Shown here piece by piece: positions 1 to 10,516 of a stretch of DNA of 64,000 bases; within the stretch, counting starts at the first letter, position 1, and each line of letters starts with the position of its first letter. Source of the DNA: an uncultured virus (IMG/VR IMGVR_UViG_3300008450_005828) (taxonomy: Duplodnaviria; Heunggongvirae; Uroviricota; Caudoviricetes); the IMG/VR virus record IMGVR_UViG_3300008450_005828, one strand, 5' to 3'. The position numbers and the translations under genes are program-made. The notes under the pieces were generated by a model. That model did not search any database, was not told where the DNA came from, and saw only the letters and a list, made by a program, of their open reading frames with translations.

Positions 1-1
1 A

Positions 2-391
2 ATAAAATTTGCACTGCGTCCTATACGTTGGACAGAAACCCACGATGTGTTTGACGACACCGGTCGTTATAGTTTAGATGAACGTGAATTTTTAAAAACA
101 GTAAATCACAATCCGCCTGCAAACACATTAATAGACAAAACAATTGAGTGCAATGTTAACGATCTGTTAGTAAACAAAAACAATCAGTTTAAAGATTGGA
201 TTTGTCGTGCAGGTTTAGAAAGTTTAATGATTAACTGGGACGGCGAAATACATCGTGCAACTTGTAGAGTAGGTGGAAGTTTAGGTAACATTTATAAACA
301 AGAGTTTGCTGTTCCAACAGAAGAAATAACGTGTACTAGAGAATGGTGTACTTGCGCCGCAGATATAAACATTACAAAATGGAAAAAGTAA
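2..391 (+). CDS. Radical SAM family protein, C-terminal part only (5' end lies outside the window)
   Basis: The frame is open from base 2 (IKFALRPIRW...). The C-terminal FKDWIC...C...CTREWCTC motif matches the tails of the complete radical SAM paralogs at 5450 and 17925. Confidence 0.75.
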   Translation: MKFALRPIRWTETHDVFDDTGRYSLDEREFLKTVNHNPPANTLIDKTIECNVNDLLVNKNNQFKDWICRAGLESLMINWDGEIHRATCRVGGSLGNIYKQEFAVPTEEITCTREWCTCAADINITKWKK

Positions 392-1431
392 ACGCTATAA
401 ATTTAACAAAGCCCGAACCGTTTTTAGTCACATGGGATATCGGAAGACGTTGCAATTTTGATTGTAGTTATTGCGAAAGCACTAGACACAATACGTATAG
501 CCCGCCTACAGACTATAATCAACTTATAAAGACATTTGAATTTATAAAAGAATATGTCTCGGTTTACGACTTTAAAGAAGTTAATATAAATTTTACTGGA
601 GGAGAACCTACAGTAAATCCACGTTTCTGGGACTTGATTTCTTACATTAAAACAAACAGTAACTTCGGTGTAGGCATTACTACAAACGGAACATGGCATC
701 CAAAGCATACAGATTTTATATTAAAAAATTGCAACGGAGTAACTGTAAGTTGGCACACCGAAGCAGATGAAAAATTACGTGAACGTGCAATACAAAATGC
801 CATTGCATTACACAATGCAGGGTTATGGGTGTCTGTCAATGTAATGCTGCACACAGACTACTGGGATATTGCTGTAGATGCATACAATCGTTTAAAAAGT
901 GCAGGAGTAAATGCTGTACCAACTCCACTCGGTGACGGTGTTAAAGAACGTACCGATTGGTTTGAAGATAGCGAAGGTGTATTACGCAGAACTGGGCACC
1001 AATATACACCGGAACAATATGCATGGTATTGGAATACTCAAGGAATTGCCAAAGAAACCAGCGATGCTGTTTTAGCAGGATCTAGTTTAGGAAGAGGTTG
1101 CTGTGGAGGCAGATGTCTAGTAGGTAAAACAGATACATGGAAATCAGTTTCGATAGTAGATAATCATTTTAAAGATTGGTTTTGTAAAGTAAACTATTAC
1201 TTCCTTCATATCGAAGAACATACTGGTAATGTGTATCATCATCAGACCTGTCAAGCAAAATTTACAGGAAGAGGACCTATCGGTACTTTAGATAATACTG
1301 ATGCTATATTATCAATGGTTAAAAATTATTTAAAAAATCCTCAACCAATTGTTTGCCCAAACGAGCGTTGTGGCTGTGGTGTTTGTGTTCCTAAAGCAAA
1401 AGAATATTCGGACTATTTGTTGTTAACTTGA
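379..1431 (+). CDS. Radical SAM protein with C-terminal Cys-rich auxiliary (SPASM/twitch-like) domain
   Basis: CNFDCSYC, FTGGEP, TNG motifs; C-terminal CCGG...WFC...CPNERCGCGVC. The ATG at 379 is preferred over 343 because it overlaps the upstream stop region. Confidence 0.9.
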   Translation: MEKVNAINLTKPEPFLVTWDIGRRCNFDCSYCESTRHNTYSPPTDYNQLIKTFEFIKEYVSVYDFKEVNINFTGGEPTVNPRFWDLISYIKTNSNFGVGITTNGTWHPKHTDFILKNCNGVTVSWHTEADEKLRERAIQNAIALHNAGLWVSVNVMLHTDYWDIAVDAYNRLKSAGVNAVPTPLGDGVKERTDWFEDSEGVLRRTGHQYTPEQYAWYWNTQGIAKETSDAVLAGSSLGRGCCGGRCLVGKTDTWKSVSIVDNHFKDWFCKVNYYFLHIEEHTGNVYHHQTCQAKFTGRGPIGTLDNTDAILSMVKNYLKNPQPIVCPNERCGCGVCVPKAKEYSDYLLLT

Positions 1432-2456
1432 TCCACAGGTTTACTAAATGTGTTGCCACATGCTCTAGCACAGGTCCATAATTTTTTAATGTTCCAATAT
1501 TTTTGCCATACAGTTTGAAACGAGTTTGATTCAATTACTTTTTGAATGCCTTGTTTAGCGTCGGTATTACCTAAGTCATAAATCAAATCACTGTATTGTT
1601 TTTTTATGTGTTGTTTTGCTGCAAATAAATTATCAGTAGTTCTCTCATAATCATATGGTATGGCTGCTAAAAAACAACAAGGCATAATACGCTTGTGAGC
1701 ATCAATATAAATTTCTTTTTTATGTTTAGCATAACAAACGATTTCAGTGTTTTGAATTGTTTCGCTAACTGCTACAATATCCGTTGGATCAAAATAATTA
1801 ACTTTTGTTATTGCTGGCGGATATAATCGATCAATTGTTTTTTCATTTTTATCTAACACAATGTATTCTTTTTCAAAGGCAAATCTACTGCTGTCTTTTG
1901 TATAAAATTTTTCAAAACCAATTTTTTCTGCAAGGTCTCGTGCTTGATCTACTTGATGTTCATTATGCTTAAATCTAATAAAACTCCATTCTGCTATACC
2001 GCCAGCATCGATAAAAGCAGTTGCATTATCAAGAATTTTTCTAAAATCTGTTCCTCTACGATAAACAGAATGTGTGTCTTCTAAGCCGTCAATTCCAAAT
2101 ACTACTCTATGATCAGGCAAATGCTGCGGTAAGATTTTCCAAAAATCTTGACTGCGTAAACTTCCGTTTGTATGTATGTCAGCAAATACGTTAAAGTTTT
2201 TTAAATAATCTGTCATTAAATGAAAATCTTGATTAATTAATGGATCGCCAAAGTTACCACAAAATTCAATCTTTTTAATTATGTTTAGTGTATTGCTATC
2301 TAATATTTCTTTAAAGTCGTCAATGGTCCAATCTGAGATTTGTAATAAAGGATTATCTATGCTTCCTCTATAATTTCGACTGCACATTGGACAACTGGCC
2401 TGGCATCTATTTGTAATTTCTAAATGAATACTTTGTAGTTCATCATATCTAAACAT
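1413..2456 (-). CDS. Radical SAM protein with C-terminal twitch-like domain
   Basis: CQASCPMC, CGNFGDP, HTNG, GIDG motifs; C-terminal C...PCC...CARAC. Confidence 0.9.
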   Translation of the reverse strand: MFRYDELQSIHLEITNRCQASCPMCSRNYRGSIDNPLLQISDWTIDDFKEILDSNTLNIIKKIEFCGNFGDPLINQDFHLMTDYLKNFNVFADIHTNGSLRSQDFWKILPQHLPDHRVVFGIDGLEDTHSVYRRGTDFRKILDNATAFIDAGGIAEWSFIRFKHNEHQVDQARDLAEKIGFEKFYTKDSSRFAFEKEYIVLDKNEKTIDRLYPPAITKVNYFDPTDIVAVSETIQNTEIVCYAKHKKEIYIDAHKRIMPCCFLAAIPYDYERTTDNLFAAKQHIKKQYSDLIYDLGNTDAKQGIQKVIESNSFQTVWQKYWNIKKLWTCARACGNTFSKPVDQVNNK

Positions 2457-2461
2457 AGTGA

Positions 2462-2481
2462 TATTTATTGTACAGTAAATA
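2462..2481. promoter_or_regulatory. Back-to-back TAAATA late-promoter-like motifs
   Basis: TAAATA on minus (2462-2467) lies 5 nt before ATG 2456; TAAATA on plus (2476-2481) lies 4 nt before ATG 2486. Both resemble the T4 late promoter TATAAATA. Confidence 0.6.
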
Positions 2482-2485
2482 TAGT

Positions 2486-3244
2486 ATGAACGAAGCAGAA
2501 TTATTTTTTGAAAAAAATAGAATTTATAATTGTAAACTTAATTCGTTACCCAACGACAATATGAATGACGAAGACATTGCATTATGGGTGTTGCAAGGTA
2601 GTCACGGAGACTGGTTACAACTAGATCTTGATATTGATACGCTAGACTTTATGTTTGACGAAAGATATGCTGCAACAAGTTACGTGTCACACCGAGACGA
2701 AAAGACCGGCGAAGGCACACATCAAGGATGGTCAAGTTGCACACTTCACGGCATTGATGTTGAAAAAACCAATCACTGGACCACATACGGATATAAGTCT
2801 GAACCCGAATATCAATGGACCTACTTAGGTAAAAAAACTACAAAAATAAAAAAGTTTTGTGAATCGTTGCCTTTTGAAAATTTGTCAAGAGTAAGATTTA
2901 TGAAACTAGGTCCCAAAGGATACATTTCTCCACACAACGATCAAGGGTCCGGAATAGACTGGGGACAAATTTGGAATCACCCACTGCCGATTAATATTGC
3001 TATAGATCACCCACCAAACTGTTTTATGACTATTGAGGATTCTGGTGTGGTACCATTTAACAACGGCAGAGCATTTTTAGTTAATATCTTGAAAAATCAT
3101 TCTGTTATAAACTTTAGTTCAGACGAACGTAAACATCTTATTGTTCACGGCATTGTGGGCGATCGCAAAGAGGATTATTGCAAACTATTAGCAGACAGTT
3201 ATAGGAAAGCATATGCTTTACAAAGGGAAAAACTCAAAATCTAA
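2486..3244 (+). CDS. 2OG-Fe(II) oxygenase, aspartyl/asparaginyl beta-hydroxylase-like
   Basis: RVRFMKLGPKGYISPHND carries the HxD motif; distal HSVIN...RKHLIVHG. Confidence 0.75.
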   Translation: MNEAELFFEKNRIYNCKLNSLPNDNMNDEDIALWVLQGSHGDWLQLDLDIDTLDFMFDERYAATSYVSHRDEKTGEGTHQGWSSCTLHGIDVEKTNHWTTYGYKSEPEYQWTYLGKKTTKIKKFCESLPFENLSRVRFMKLGPKGYISPHNDQGSGIDWGQIWNHPLPINIAIDHPPNCFMTIEDSGVVPFNNGRAFLVNILKNHSVINFSSDERKHLIVHGIVGDRKEDYCKLLADSYRKAYALQREKLKI

Positions 3245-4424
3245 TATTTGTATTTGTATTATAGATGATACTGATGAATACAAACCTTGGATGCGAGAAC
3301 TAGTTAAAAACACTGCTGACTATACAATTACAAATTGTACAGGATTTGGCTATGATGTTTATGTTGACGTCAACGAAGACCGTATGCTTCAACAGGTTGC
3401 TGACAACTATAAAGTTGCTGTAGTAATAAGTGCCGGAACAGAATTTATAAACGGTAGTGATTTTTTTGATAATTTACCCAGTGACTTTTTCTTGTTAGCG
3501 CATATCATAGACATGGGCGACAGTTATTACGGACTACACTATCAATGTTATGTTTTAAATTTAAAAAAATACAGAGAACTGGGTAAACCCGGTGTAGGTA
3601 AAACTGAATTACTGGATTCTCATACGCAGGAAGTACCATACAGATCTGCTGAAAACGTACACGACGACTATTTACCCATAGTATTGCGTAAACACATACT
3701 TAATAAAACACAGGTATACAAAAGTAAGTACCGCGGATGGAATTTGATCGCTGCTGGTTTACAGGCCGGACATGAAATATGTGCGTTTGATGAAAAATTA
3801 AGAAGCAGTAAACATTATCTATATCGAGACGTTGATACCAGTTCGTGGATTTATCATAGATATAACTATTGTTTAACACATCACACATTTAAGGAAAATA
3901 CAGGTAATTTAAATTTTCCAAGACCTTATAAAAAACCTATCACACAGTTTGTACATCCTGCGGCTGGAATAGACTGGTTTCACAAATTAATGCTGCACGG
4001 TTACAAAGACGAAACTGTGATTAAGTTTTATGATTACAATTTACGTGCGTTAGATGAAATGCGTGAACGTGTAAAAGACATGCCCTATCATCATTTTGAA
4101 TTTCATCACATTGACGCAATTAACGATGTTGAGCAGTTTGTAAAAATTATAGACACTGCCGATCCAGAAGGAACAGTTGTTCATATGAGTAATATTTTTG
4201 CATATGAAGGTACTGCGTCTTTGTTACCATTAAAATATCGTATAGAAAAAGAAAATTATCTAATATCTTGGATGCAAAAAAATATGCCTGATGCTGTACT
4301 AGATTTTGATCAACGGGCTGCCGAAGGTATTGTTCCGTGGCGTTTGGAATCTGGAATGGCTAAAGATTTAGTATTAACTGATTGGAATGCTATCAGTTTA
4401 CCGTCTTGGCATACTTACGATTAA
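3213..4424 (+). CDS. Hypothetical protein (403 aa)
   Basis: Long ORF overlapping the oxygenase gene; no confident motif. Confidence 0.75.
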   Translation: MLYKGKNSKSNICICIIDDTDEYKPWMRELVKNTADYTITNCTGFGYDVYVDVNEDRMLQQVADNYKVAVVISAGTEFINGSDFFDNLPSDFFLLAHIIDMGDSYYGLHYQCYVLNLKKYRELGKPGVGKTELLDSHTQEVPYRSAENVHDDYLPIVLRKHILNKTQVYKSKYRGWNLIAAGLQAGHEICAFDEKLRSSKHYLYRDVDTSSWIYHRYNYCLTHHTFKENTGNLNFPRPYKKPITQFVHPAAGIDWFHKLMLHGYKDETVIKFYDYNLRALDEMRERVKDMPYHHFEFHHIDAINDVEQFVKIIDTADPEGTVVHMSNIFAYEGTASLLPLKYRIEKENYLISWMQKNMPDAVLDFDQRAAEGIVPWRLESGMAKDLVLTDWNAISLPSWHTYD

Positions 4425-5463
4425 TTTCATCAAACAGTTCTTTTGTTGCTGCTTTAGGAGCACAAAGTCCACACCAACATTTAGATTTTTTGCAAACTAT
4501 TGTATCTGTGCCTTTTTTTATTTTTTCCAAGATTGCTTGTGTATTTTTTAAGTTTCCAATAGGGCCAACTTGCCCGTCAAAATTCATTCTACAATCTTTA
4601 TTTGTAAAAACTTCACCGGTTGTTTGTCTGATATATAAAAAGAATCGGTCAACTGAACAATGCCATCCTTTAAAGTTGTTGCCTTTAACATAAGTTGTGG
4701 TATCGCAACTATTAGAGCACAAAGTTTTACCGCCGCAACAAGCACGACCTGTGGCATCTAAATTAAATCCACCAGTAAAAACTGCTTTAATTTTTTCTGT
4801 TGTTGTAGAAGGCTTTTTACCTGTAATATATTCTGCTTGTTGGTCAGTGTAGTTAAAACGTGTATCAAACCAATGATGGTCGATTTGTCTTTTATGCACT
4901 GTAAATGTTCTTTGATTTGCCCAATCAACTAGTCTTACACATCTATCCCAATAGTTAGGATCCATCATAACATTGATTTGAAAATTTTTGCCGACTGATT
5001 TTAAATAAAGACAATTATACTTAAACATCAAATGAAATTTTGTGTGTGAAGAAGCATGAAAACTCATTGTAGCATAATCAATGTATTGTACAATTTTTAT
5101 CCACTTTGCAGTTGAACAAGAACCGTTTGTTATTAGTGCAACACGCATTGTCCAACTGTATTGACTTTTTTTGCTGTTTATGTATTCTAATATTTCAACA
5201 ATGTTTGGATGAAAAATACTTTCGCCGCCTTGAATGTTTAAATTTGCTTCTCGATATTGATCTGTTTTAGTAGACATTATAGTATCTACATAATCGAATA
5301 TAAAATCTACAGTTTTTAAACTGTCTTTAAGGCTAGGATGCGACTGACTGTTGTCGTGGCCGTCGCCGCAGTATGCACAATCAAAGTTGCATTTTAAAGT
5401 GGATTCCCAAGCAATTTGAAATATTCCGTCAGTAACAGGCTCTAATGTTTCAAAGGTTATCAT
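4393..5463 (-). CDS. Radical SAM protein, paralog of 379..1431
   Basis: CNFDCAYC, QGGES, TNG motifs; GRACCGG and FKGWHC...CKKSKCWCGLC. Confidence 0.9.
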   Translation of the reverse strand: MITFETLEPVTDGIFQIAWESTLKCNFDCAYCGDGHDNSQSHPSLKDSLKTVDFIFDYVDTIMSTKTDQYREANLNIQGGESIFHPNIVEILEYINSKKSQYSWTMRVALITNGSCSTAKWIKIVQYIDYATMSFHASSHTKFHLMFKYNCLYLKSVGKNFQINVMMDPNYWDRCVRLVDWANQRTFTVHKRQIDHHWFDTRFNYTDQQAEYITGKKPSTTTEKIKAVFTGGFNLDATGRACCGGKTLCSNSCDTTTYVKGNNFKGWHCSVDRFFLYIRQTTGEVFTNKDCRMNFDGQVGPIGNLKNTQAILEKIKKGTDTIVCKKSKCWCGLCAPKAATKELFDEINRKYAKTVN

Positions 5464-6430
5464 TGCTTATCCACTTTTTTAAAATTATTTCACCGTTGCA
5501 ACCGCAAATAGACTTTGTGCATACAACAGGTAAAATGTCAGGGAAAAATGTTTTGTCAAAATTTGGCTCGTACAAGTTGTGATAAGTATCCGAGCCAAAC
5601 AATTTTTGTTGACAGTTTCCTGTTATTCTGCCATCATAAAAGATTTTTAACAAATCAACACCTAGATTACAATTCCAATCTTTGAAATAATTTAGTTTGT
5701 TTAAGGTTAGATAACTGTCAGACGTTGTAGTAACAACTGTATTGCTGTTGTTTGTAATATAAACTTCTGTCCTGGGTTTTTTAACTGTTGCAGCAAACCA
5801 TTCTTTGCTAGGATATCTTTTTATAGGTTCAATAAAGTATTTTTGTTGTTCTGATGTATATCGACTTTCGCCGTTGTAATGTACAACTTTAGCAAGAACA
5901 GGCCATGCACATTTACTATCAGATAAGTCTTCAACTAGTTTAACACATTTTTCAAACGCGGCAGGATCCATCAATACATCAACATTAACAAAAACTCCTA
6001 GTTCATATAAAAAATCTGCTAGGGTTTTTATCTTTTGTATTCTTGCATATTCATGATGCACACTAATATTAACATGGTCTAAAACTCTGCCTGCCTTGGT
6101 CCACCATATTACACCGCGAGTTCCGTTGGTGCTAATTTCAAGTATACACTTATATTTTGATTTTAGATATTCGCAAAGTGGCAAAAAACCGTCCCAGAGT
6201 GTTGGTTCGCCGCCTACAAAAAATATATTAAAAACTTCTTTGCCATTTTTTTTGTAATAATCTAATAGATGAGATAGATTTTTCTTAACAGTTTCAAAGT
6301 CGGGCCACGGATGATCGCCTTCGTTACTGCCTGGAAAGCAATAATTACATTTTTGATTACAAGTGTTTCCTAACATATACTCTATTCGTAATACGTTGGG
6401 CTGCTGGTTGTTTTCTATTTTTACAATCAT
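5450..6430 (-). CDS. Radical SAM protein with C-terminal Cys-rich domain
   Basis: CNQKCNYC, GGEP, STNG motifs; FKDWNC...C...CTKSICGC. Confidence 0.9.
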   Translation of the reverse strand: MIVKIENNQQPNVLRIEYMLGNTCNQKCNYCFPGSNEGDHPWPDFETVKKNLSHLLDYYKKNGKEVFNIFFVGGEPTLWDGFLPLCEYLKSKYKCILEISTNGTRGVIWWTKAGRVLDHVNISVHHEYARIQKIKTLADFLYELGVFVNVDVLMDPAAFEKCVKLVEDLSDSKCAWPVLAKVVHYNGESRYTSEQQKYFIEPIKRYPSKEWFAATVKKPRTEVYITNNSNTVVTTTSDSYLTLNKLNYFKDWNCNLGVDLLKIFYDGRITGNCQQKLFGSDTYHNLYEPNFDKTFFPDILPVVCTKSICGCNGEIILKKWISNDNL

Positions 6431-7821
6431 AGTAAATGTGCTAATTCAGGAAACACTTCACGAGCGTTTATTTTTCTTATTGAATCTAGTTTATTTACGT
6501 ATTCCTTAAATGACGGAAGTAAATGTGATTGATCTTCAGCATACATATGATTTAACATACCTTCCCAACGACGCCATCCGTACGGATTACCCTGCCAAAA
6601 ATCACTGCTATTATGATTAACTTCAAGCCAACCTTTAAACCGCATAAAACTGTCTTTTATCTCATCTTTGTCCGCTTTGGGTAACATTTGTATACTTAAA
6701 AAAGTAGGAATGTATAATAGATGCATATTAACAAGGCCGCCGCCTACTTCAATGTCGTTGTTGACTTGTTTATTAACTTTTCTAAAATTGCTAGATAGTT
6801 TCCAATAGATAAAATCTGGAAGATGTTTAATATTAAAAATTTGTACGGCTGTTGCAATCGATGGCTGAATATTATCCGGAGTATTATCTAACATATGCAG
6901 ATTTTTTTCAACCTTACTCCAGTCAGTAGGAAATCTAATATAGTTATTACGTTTACCTACTGCATCAATGCTAACACCAACTTTTACAAGTTTAAAGTGT
7001 TTCCACAGTTCAATTAATTCTTCGTCGACTAATATTCCGTTTGTGTTATAACGCAAGATGATATCATAGTTATAGCCTTGACGTATTATTTCTTCTATAA
7101 ACTTTTTATGTTCGCGAATCATAAGTGGTTCGCCACCAGCAAAATAAACTTCTTTTAAATTAGGAATTTGCTTGTAAAGTTGTTTCCAAAACTCCGGATT
7201 TTCGTGCCATCGGTTATCAAAACTTTCTTTATCCCATTGTAGTTGATTTTTTACTACGTCGTGAGTTATTTGCGGAAATAATTGTTTCCAATCTTTGACC
7301 CATTGACTACTGTCGTGCGGACTGCACATCACGCATTTGATGTTGCAAGTATGACCTAAACGCAAATCAAGATATGCTAGTTTGTTAGGAACACGACCAT
7401 CTGATTTGGTTTCGTTTAAAAGATTTACCGGATCAATACCACGTTCTAACCACGTAGCAGTTTCCCATATTCTTTTACTAGCAACTCCCTTTGATTCTTC
7501 TGAAAAACATTTAGAGCAACTAACTGGTATTTTTTCATCCATCATGGTTTTTCTAACACCGCGCATGTATTCACTGTTCCATGCCTCCGTTGGAGTAGTG
7601 TTAGAAAAATTCAAATGTTCGCCTGTAGCAGTCTTTACAATTCCAAGAGTATGGTCTACACCTGCACCACTTGCATTTGCACTACAACACAATCTCATAT
7701 CGCCATTTGGTCTTGTGGCAAGATGTATCCAAGGCAACACACAAAAAGTTTTAGTAGCACGATCTTCGATAAAATCTTGCCATTTTTTTACTTCAGGATT
7801 TGTTGATTCATACCACGTCAT
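6427..7821 (-). CDS. Radical SAM protein with N-terminal Cys-rich (twitch/SPASM-like) domain
   Basis: N-terminal FCVLPWIH...LCC...CSKC; core DLRLGHTCNIKCVMC, FAGGEP, YNTNG. Confidence 0.9.
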   Translation of the reverse strand: MTWYESTNPEVKKWQDFIEDRATKTFCVLPWIHLATRPNGDMRLCCSANASGAGVDHTLGIVKTATGEHLNFSNTTPTEAWNSEYMRGVRKTMMDEKIPVSCSKCFSEESKGVASKRIWETATWLERGIDPVNLLNETKSDGRVPNKLAYLDLRLGHTCNIKCVMCSPHDSSQWVKDWKQLFPQITHDVVKNQLQWDKESFDNRWHENPEFWKQLYKQIPNLKEVYFAGGEPLMIREHKKFIEEIIRQGYNYDIILRYNTNGILVDEELIELWKHFKLVKVGVSIDAVGKRNNYIRFPTDWSKVEKNLHMLDNTPDNIQPSIATAVQIFNIKHLPDFIYWKLSSNFRKVNKQVNNDIEVGGGLVNMHLLYIPTFLSIQMLPKADKDEIKDSFMRFKGWLEVNHNSSDFWQGNPYGWRRWEGMLNHMYAEDQSHLLPSFKEYVNKLDSIRKINAREVFPELAHLL

Positions 7822-8423
7822 TTGTAGCCAATAATTAAAAATCTGTTGTAAAGAGGCAATTCTAATACATCTTTACAAAGTATGTTGTTTAACTGTGATG
7901 AATCAGCAAAGTCATCAACAGTATCAAAAGTTCTTATATGTTCGGGTAAACTATGATAGTTGTTGTTTTGTATTACAACTAATGTGTCTTTGGGAACATT
8001 GCTTAACCAAGTATTATATTGTTCTTGAGTAATATGTTCTGTACTAGTGTTAATTACAATAGACGGAATTTCTTGATACTGATAAACAGACATATCTGCT
8101 GTTACTGCACAAAATCGATTTTCTATTTCGTATCGTTTATTAATCATTGCAGCAACTTCTTCGCAGGAAACATCTATATCTAAACTTGTAATGTGTTTTA
8201 TATCGATTGTTGAATTAAAGAGCAGTGCAGATAAGACACCATTCCACCCACCGTGGATTACAACACGATTGTTTTGAGTTTGAACTAATTTAGACAGATT
8301 TTCAATTAACCACACCTTACTTTTTAGTTGTCCTTTCCAAAAACTTTCAAGAACACTGTATTGATTTTCTGCATTTCTAATAGCATCCATCCAAAACGCC
8401 ACATCATCTAAATCAACTTTCAT
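7818..8423 (-). CDS. Class I SAM-dependent methyltransferase-like protein
   Basis: VVIHGGWNG glycine loop, SLDID acidic strand, INTSTEH. Confidence 0.6.
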   Translation of the reverse strand: MKVDLDDVAFWMDAIRNAENQYSVLESFWKGQLKSKVWLIENLSKLVQTQNNRVVIHGGWNGVLSALLFNSTIDIKHITSLDIDVSCEEVAAMINKRYEIENRFCAVTADMSVYQYQEIPSIVINTSTEHITQEQYNTWLSNVPKDTLVVIQNNNYHSLPEHIRTFDTVDDFADSSQLNNILCKDVLELPLYNRFLIIGYK

Positions 8424-9561
8424 CTAAAACTTTCCATATAGGGAGATCAAGTGGCAAACCTTTCATTATAATTTTATAATTTTTAAGTCTTCTTCTTTTT
8501 GTTATTTCAGAAAATTCATCAATTGTGTATTTGCTTATAATTTTATTCATAGAATTTATTGCCGAAAATAATCTTGTTGAATCTGATTCGTTATCGTACG
8601 AATTATCGATCAAGTCGTCAAACACATCAAACCCGTATTTTCTAAGTCTTTCAAGGATACCTCTTGGTCCTATTATAACAGGTATTTGTTTTGCTGTAAA
8701 GACTTTCCAGGTTTTTTCTGTTATAAACATTTCAGACTTTATATTGTAACTAGTAAAATAAAATGTTTCAGTAACAAGATTTATCAATGCATTATTATAA
8801 ATTTTAGGAGATAGATCATGAAAAAGACATTTGTTTGCCAAATCAGTAGCGTCAACAATTAACGGAAGTTTTGGTCGAACTTTATCAGCATGATTAATTA
8901 AAATTTCAGCATATTCTTTTTTATATTTGCTAATTGGAGTAAAAAGTATATCTTTAAATTCAAAGTTATCCAACACTTCGTAAGATCTATCGTTAGCCGA
9001 TACATATCCATTGTCTAATAAATTTAGATAATCTAAGTATGTTACTGTTGCTAGTCTATGTTCTCTAGGACGATTGTTTAGACAATTATACCATTGTATT
9101 TTATCAATATCTATTTTGATCTTAGAATCTATAGTCCAACTACGTGTGCTCCAAAACCAGTTGTTATTTGAACAAACATAGAAAACAGAATTTTTGTTTT
9201 TATTTTTTAACCACGCTTTATATTCGTTTTCTGATTCCAAATGGCCGCTAACGTAGATAACTTTTTTTTCTAACTTATTAGAAAAAACAAATTCATATAC
9301 TTTATTAAAATTTAAATATGCATATCCTTCTAACGTGTCGTCTAAGAATATATAAAAATTTTTATTTTTTTTTGCTAAATTGATTATTTTTTCAGGAATA
9401 TAATCAATTGATTTTAAATTTTTATATTTAACTCTATAAAAATATTTTCCAATATTTTGATTTTTCCAAATATTCAAGTTATTATGAGTTAGTCCAAAAA
9501 TTTCTGGATTTTCATAAAGTGGAATATTTGTAAAATACATTATTTTAAAATATTTTTCCAA
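8413..9561 (-). CDS. Putative glycosyltransferase, GT10-like 'TEK' paralog 1
   Basis: LNNRPREHR...VTET...FITEKTWK...PVIIG...GFDVFDDLIDNSYD; resembles the E-x(n)-TEK...P...G nucleotide-sugar motif of GT10. Confidence 0.5.
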   Translation of the reverse strand: MEKYFKIMYFTNIPLYENPEIFGLTHNNLNIWKNQNIGKYFYRVKYKNLKSIDYIPEKIINLAKKNKNFYIFLDDTLEGYAYLNFNKVYEFVFSNKLEKKVIYVSGHLESENEYKAWLKNKNKNSVFYVCSNNNWFWSTRSWTIDSKIKIDIDKIQWYNCLNNRPREHRLATVTYLDYLNLLDNGYVSANDRSYEVLDNFEFKDILFTPISKYKKEYAEILINHADKVRPKLPLIVDATDLANKCLFHDLSPKIYNNALINLVTETFYFTSYNIKSEMFITEKTWKVFTAKQIPVIIGPRGILERLRKYGFDVFDDLIDNSYDNESDSTRLFSAINSMNKIISKYTIDEFSEITKRRRLKNYKIIMKGLPLDLPIWKVLDES

Positions 9562-10451
9562 TGATGTATTGTTCTATCAATACCTTCTTCATAGGAAACT
9601 TTTGGTACCCAACTGGTAAGTTGAGTTAACTTGTTATGATTACTGTTGAGCCACCAAATTTCTCCATGTCTAGGATCTTTGGTATTCCAATTAATTTGTC
9701 CCGACCATTTTAGTTTTTCAGCAATATAATTGGCACAATCTTTAATCTTGCGTGGTTCGTCTGGGCCAATTGTAAACAAATGTCCTGAGCAATATTCCGG
9801 ACTTTCAATTAGAGTCATCCAAGCATTTAACAAGTCGTCAATGTAAATAAAGTTTCTATAAGGCTCTGCATAACCTAAATTACAAACGTCACCTTTGATC
9901 ATTTGACTGATAATTTGCTCAGTGACAAAGAAGTCGTTGTCTTTTCTGCCATAGCAGTTAGTTTGACGCATAGCAGTCCAACGTAACCCATAGGCACGTT
10001 CTGCGTATTCTAAATACTTTTCACATCCAAGTTTTGCAACTGCATAAGGAGCGTTTGGATGCGGAATTGTATTTTCGTCAAATGCTACACTTTTAACATA
10101 TGTTCCTGTGCGTTCTACTTCATCTGATATAGGTTGCCATCCATATACTTCCATTGTACTAGCAAATACAAAATAGGGCATCGGATCTAGTTGTCTGCAA
10201 GATTCAATTAAGTTTACAGTTCCTACGTAGTTTACTTCGCTAAAACTGACTTGCTCATAAAAACTTTTTTGTACTTCAGTTCTTGCTGCAAGGTGAACAA
10301 CAATGTCCGGTGCTACAGATTTTATTTCTTCTTTTACTGAGTTGTGATCCGTTAAATCACTTGTTAAAGCATGAACTACGCCTAATTTTTCTAAACGTGG
10401 TAAAAGATGCTGACCAATAAATCCGCTTGCACCTGTAAGTAATATTTTCAT
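9540..10451 (-). CDS. NAD-dependent NDP-sugar epimerase/dehydratase (extended SDR)
   Basis: TGASGFIG, HLAA, ASTMEVYG, YAVAK (YxxxK), RNFIYIDD. Confidence 0.92.
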   Translation of the reverse strand: MKILLTGASGFIGQHLLPRLEKLGVVHALTSDLTDHNSVKEEIKSVAPDIVVHLAARTEVQKSFYEQVSFSEVNYVGTVNLIESCRQLDPMPYFVFASTMEVYGWQPISDEVERTGTYVKSVAFDENTIPHPNAPYAVAKLGCEKYLEYAERAYGLRWTAMRQTNCYGRKDNDFFVTEQIISQMIKGDVCNLGYAEPYRNFIYIDDLLNAWMTLIESPEYCSGHLFTIGPDEPRKIKDCANYIAEKLKWSGQINWNTKDPRHGEIWWLNSNHNKLTQLTSWVPKVSYEEGIDRTIHHWKNILK

Positions 10452-10516
10452 CTATTTTTCCTATATTAAGTGTTATTATTGATATTTAGTGAATTATTAT
10501 ACATTTGAATTCAATT

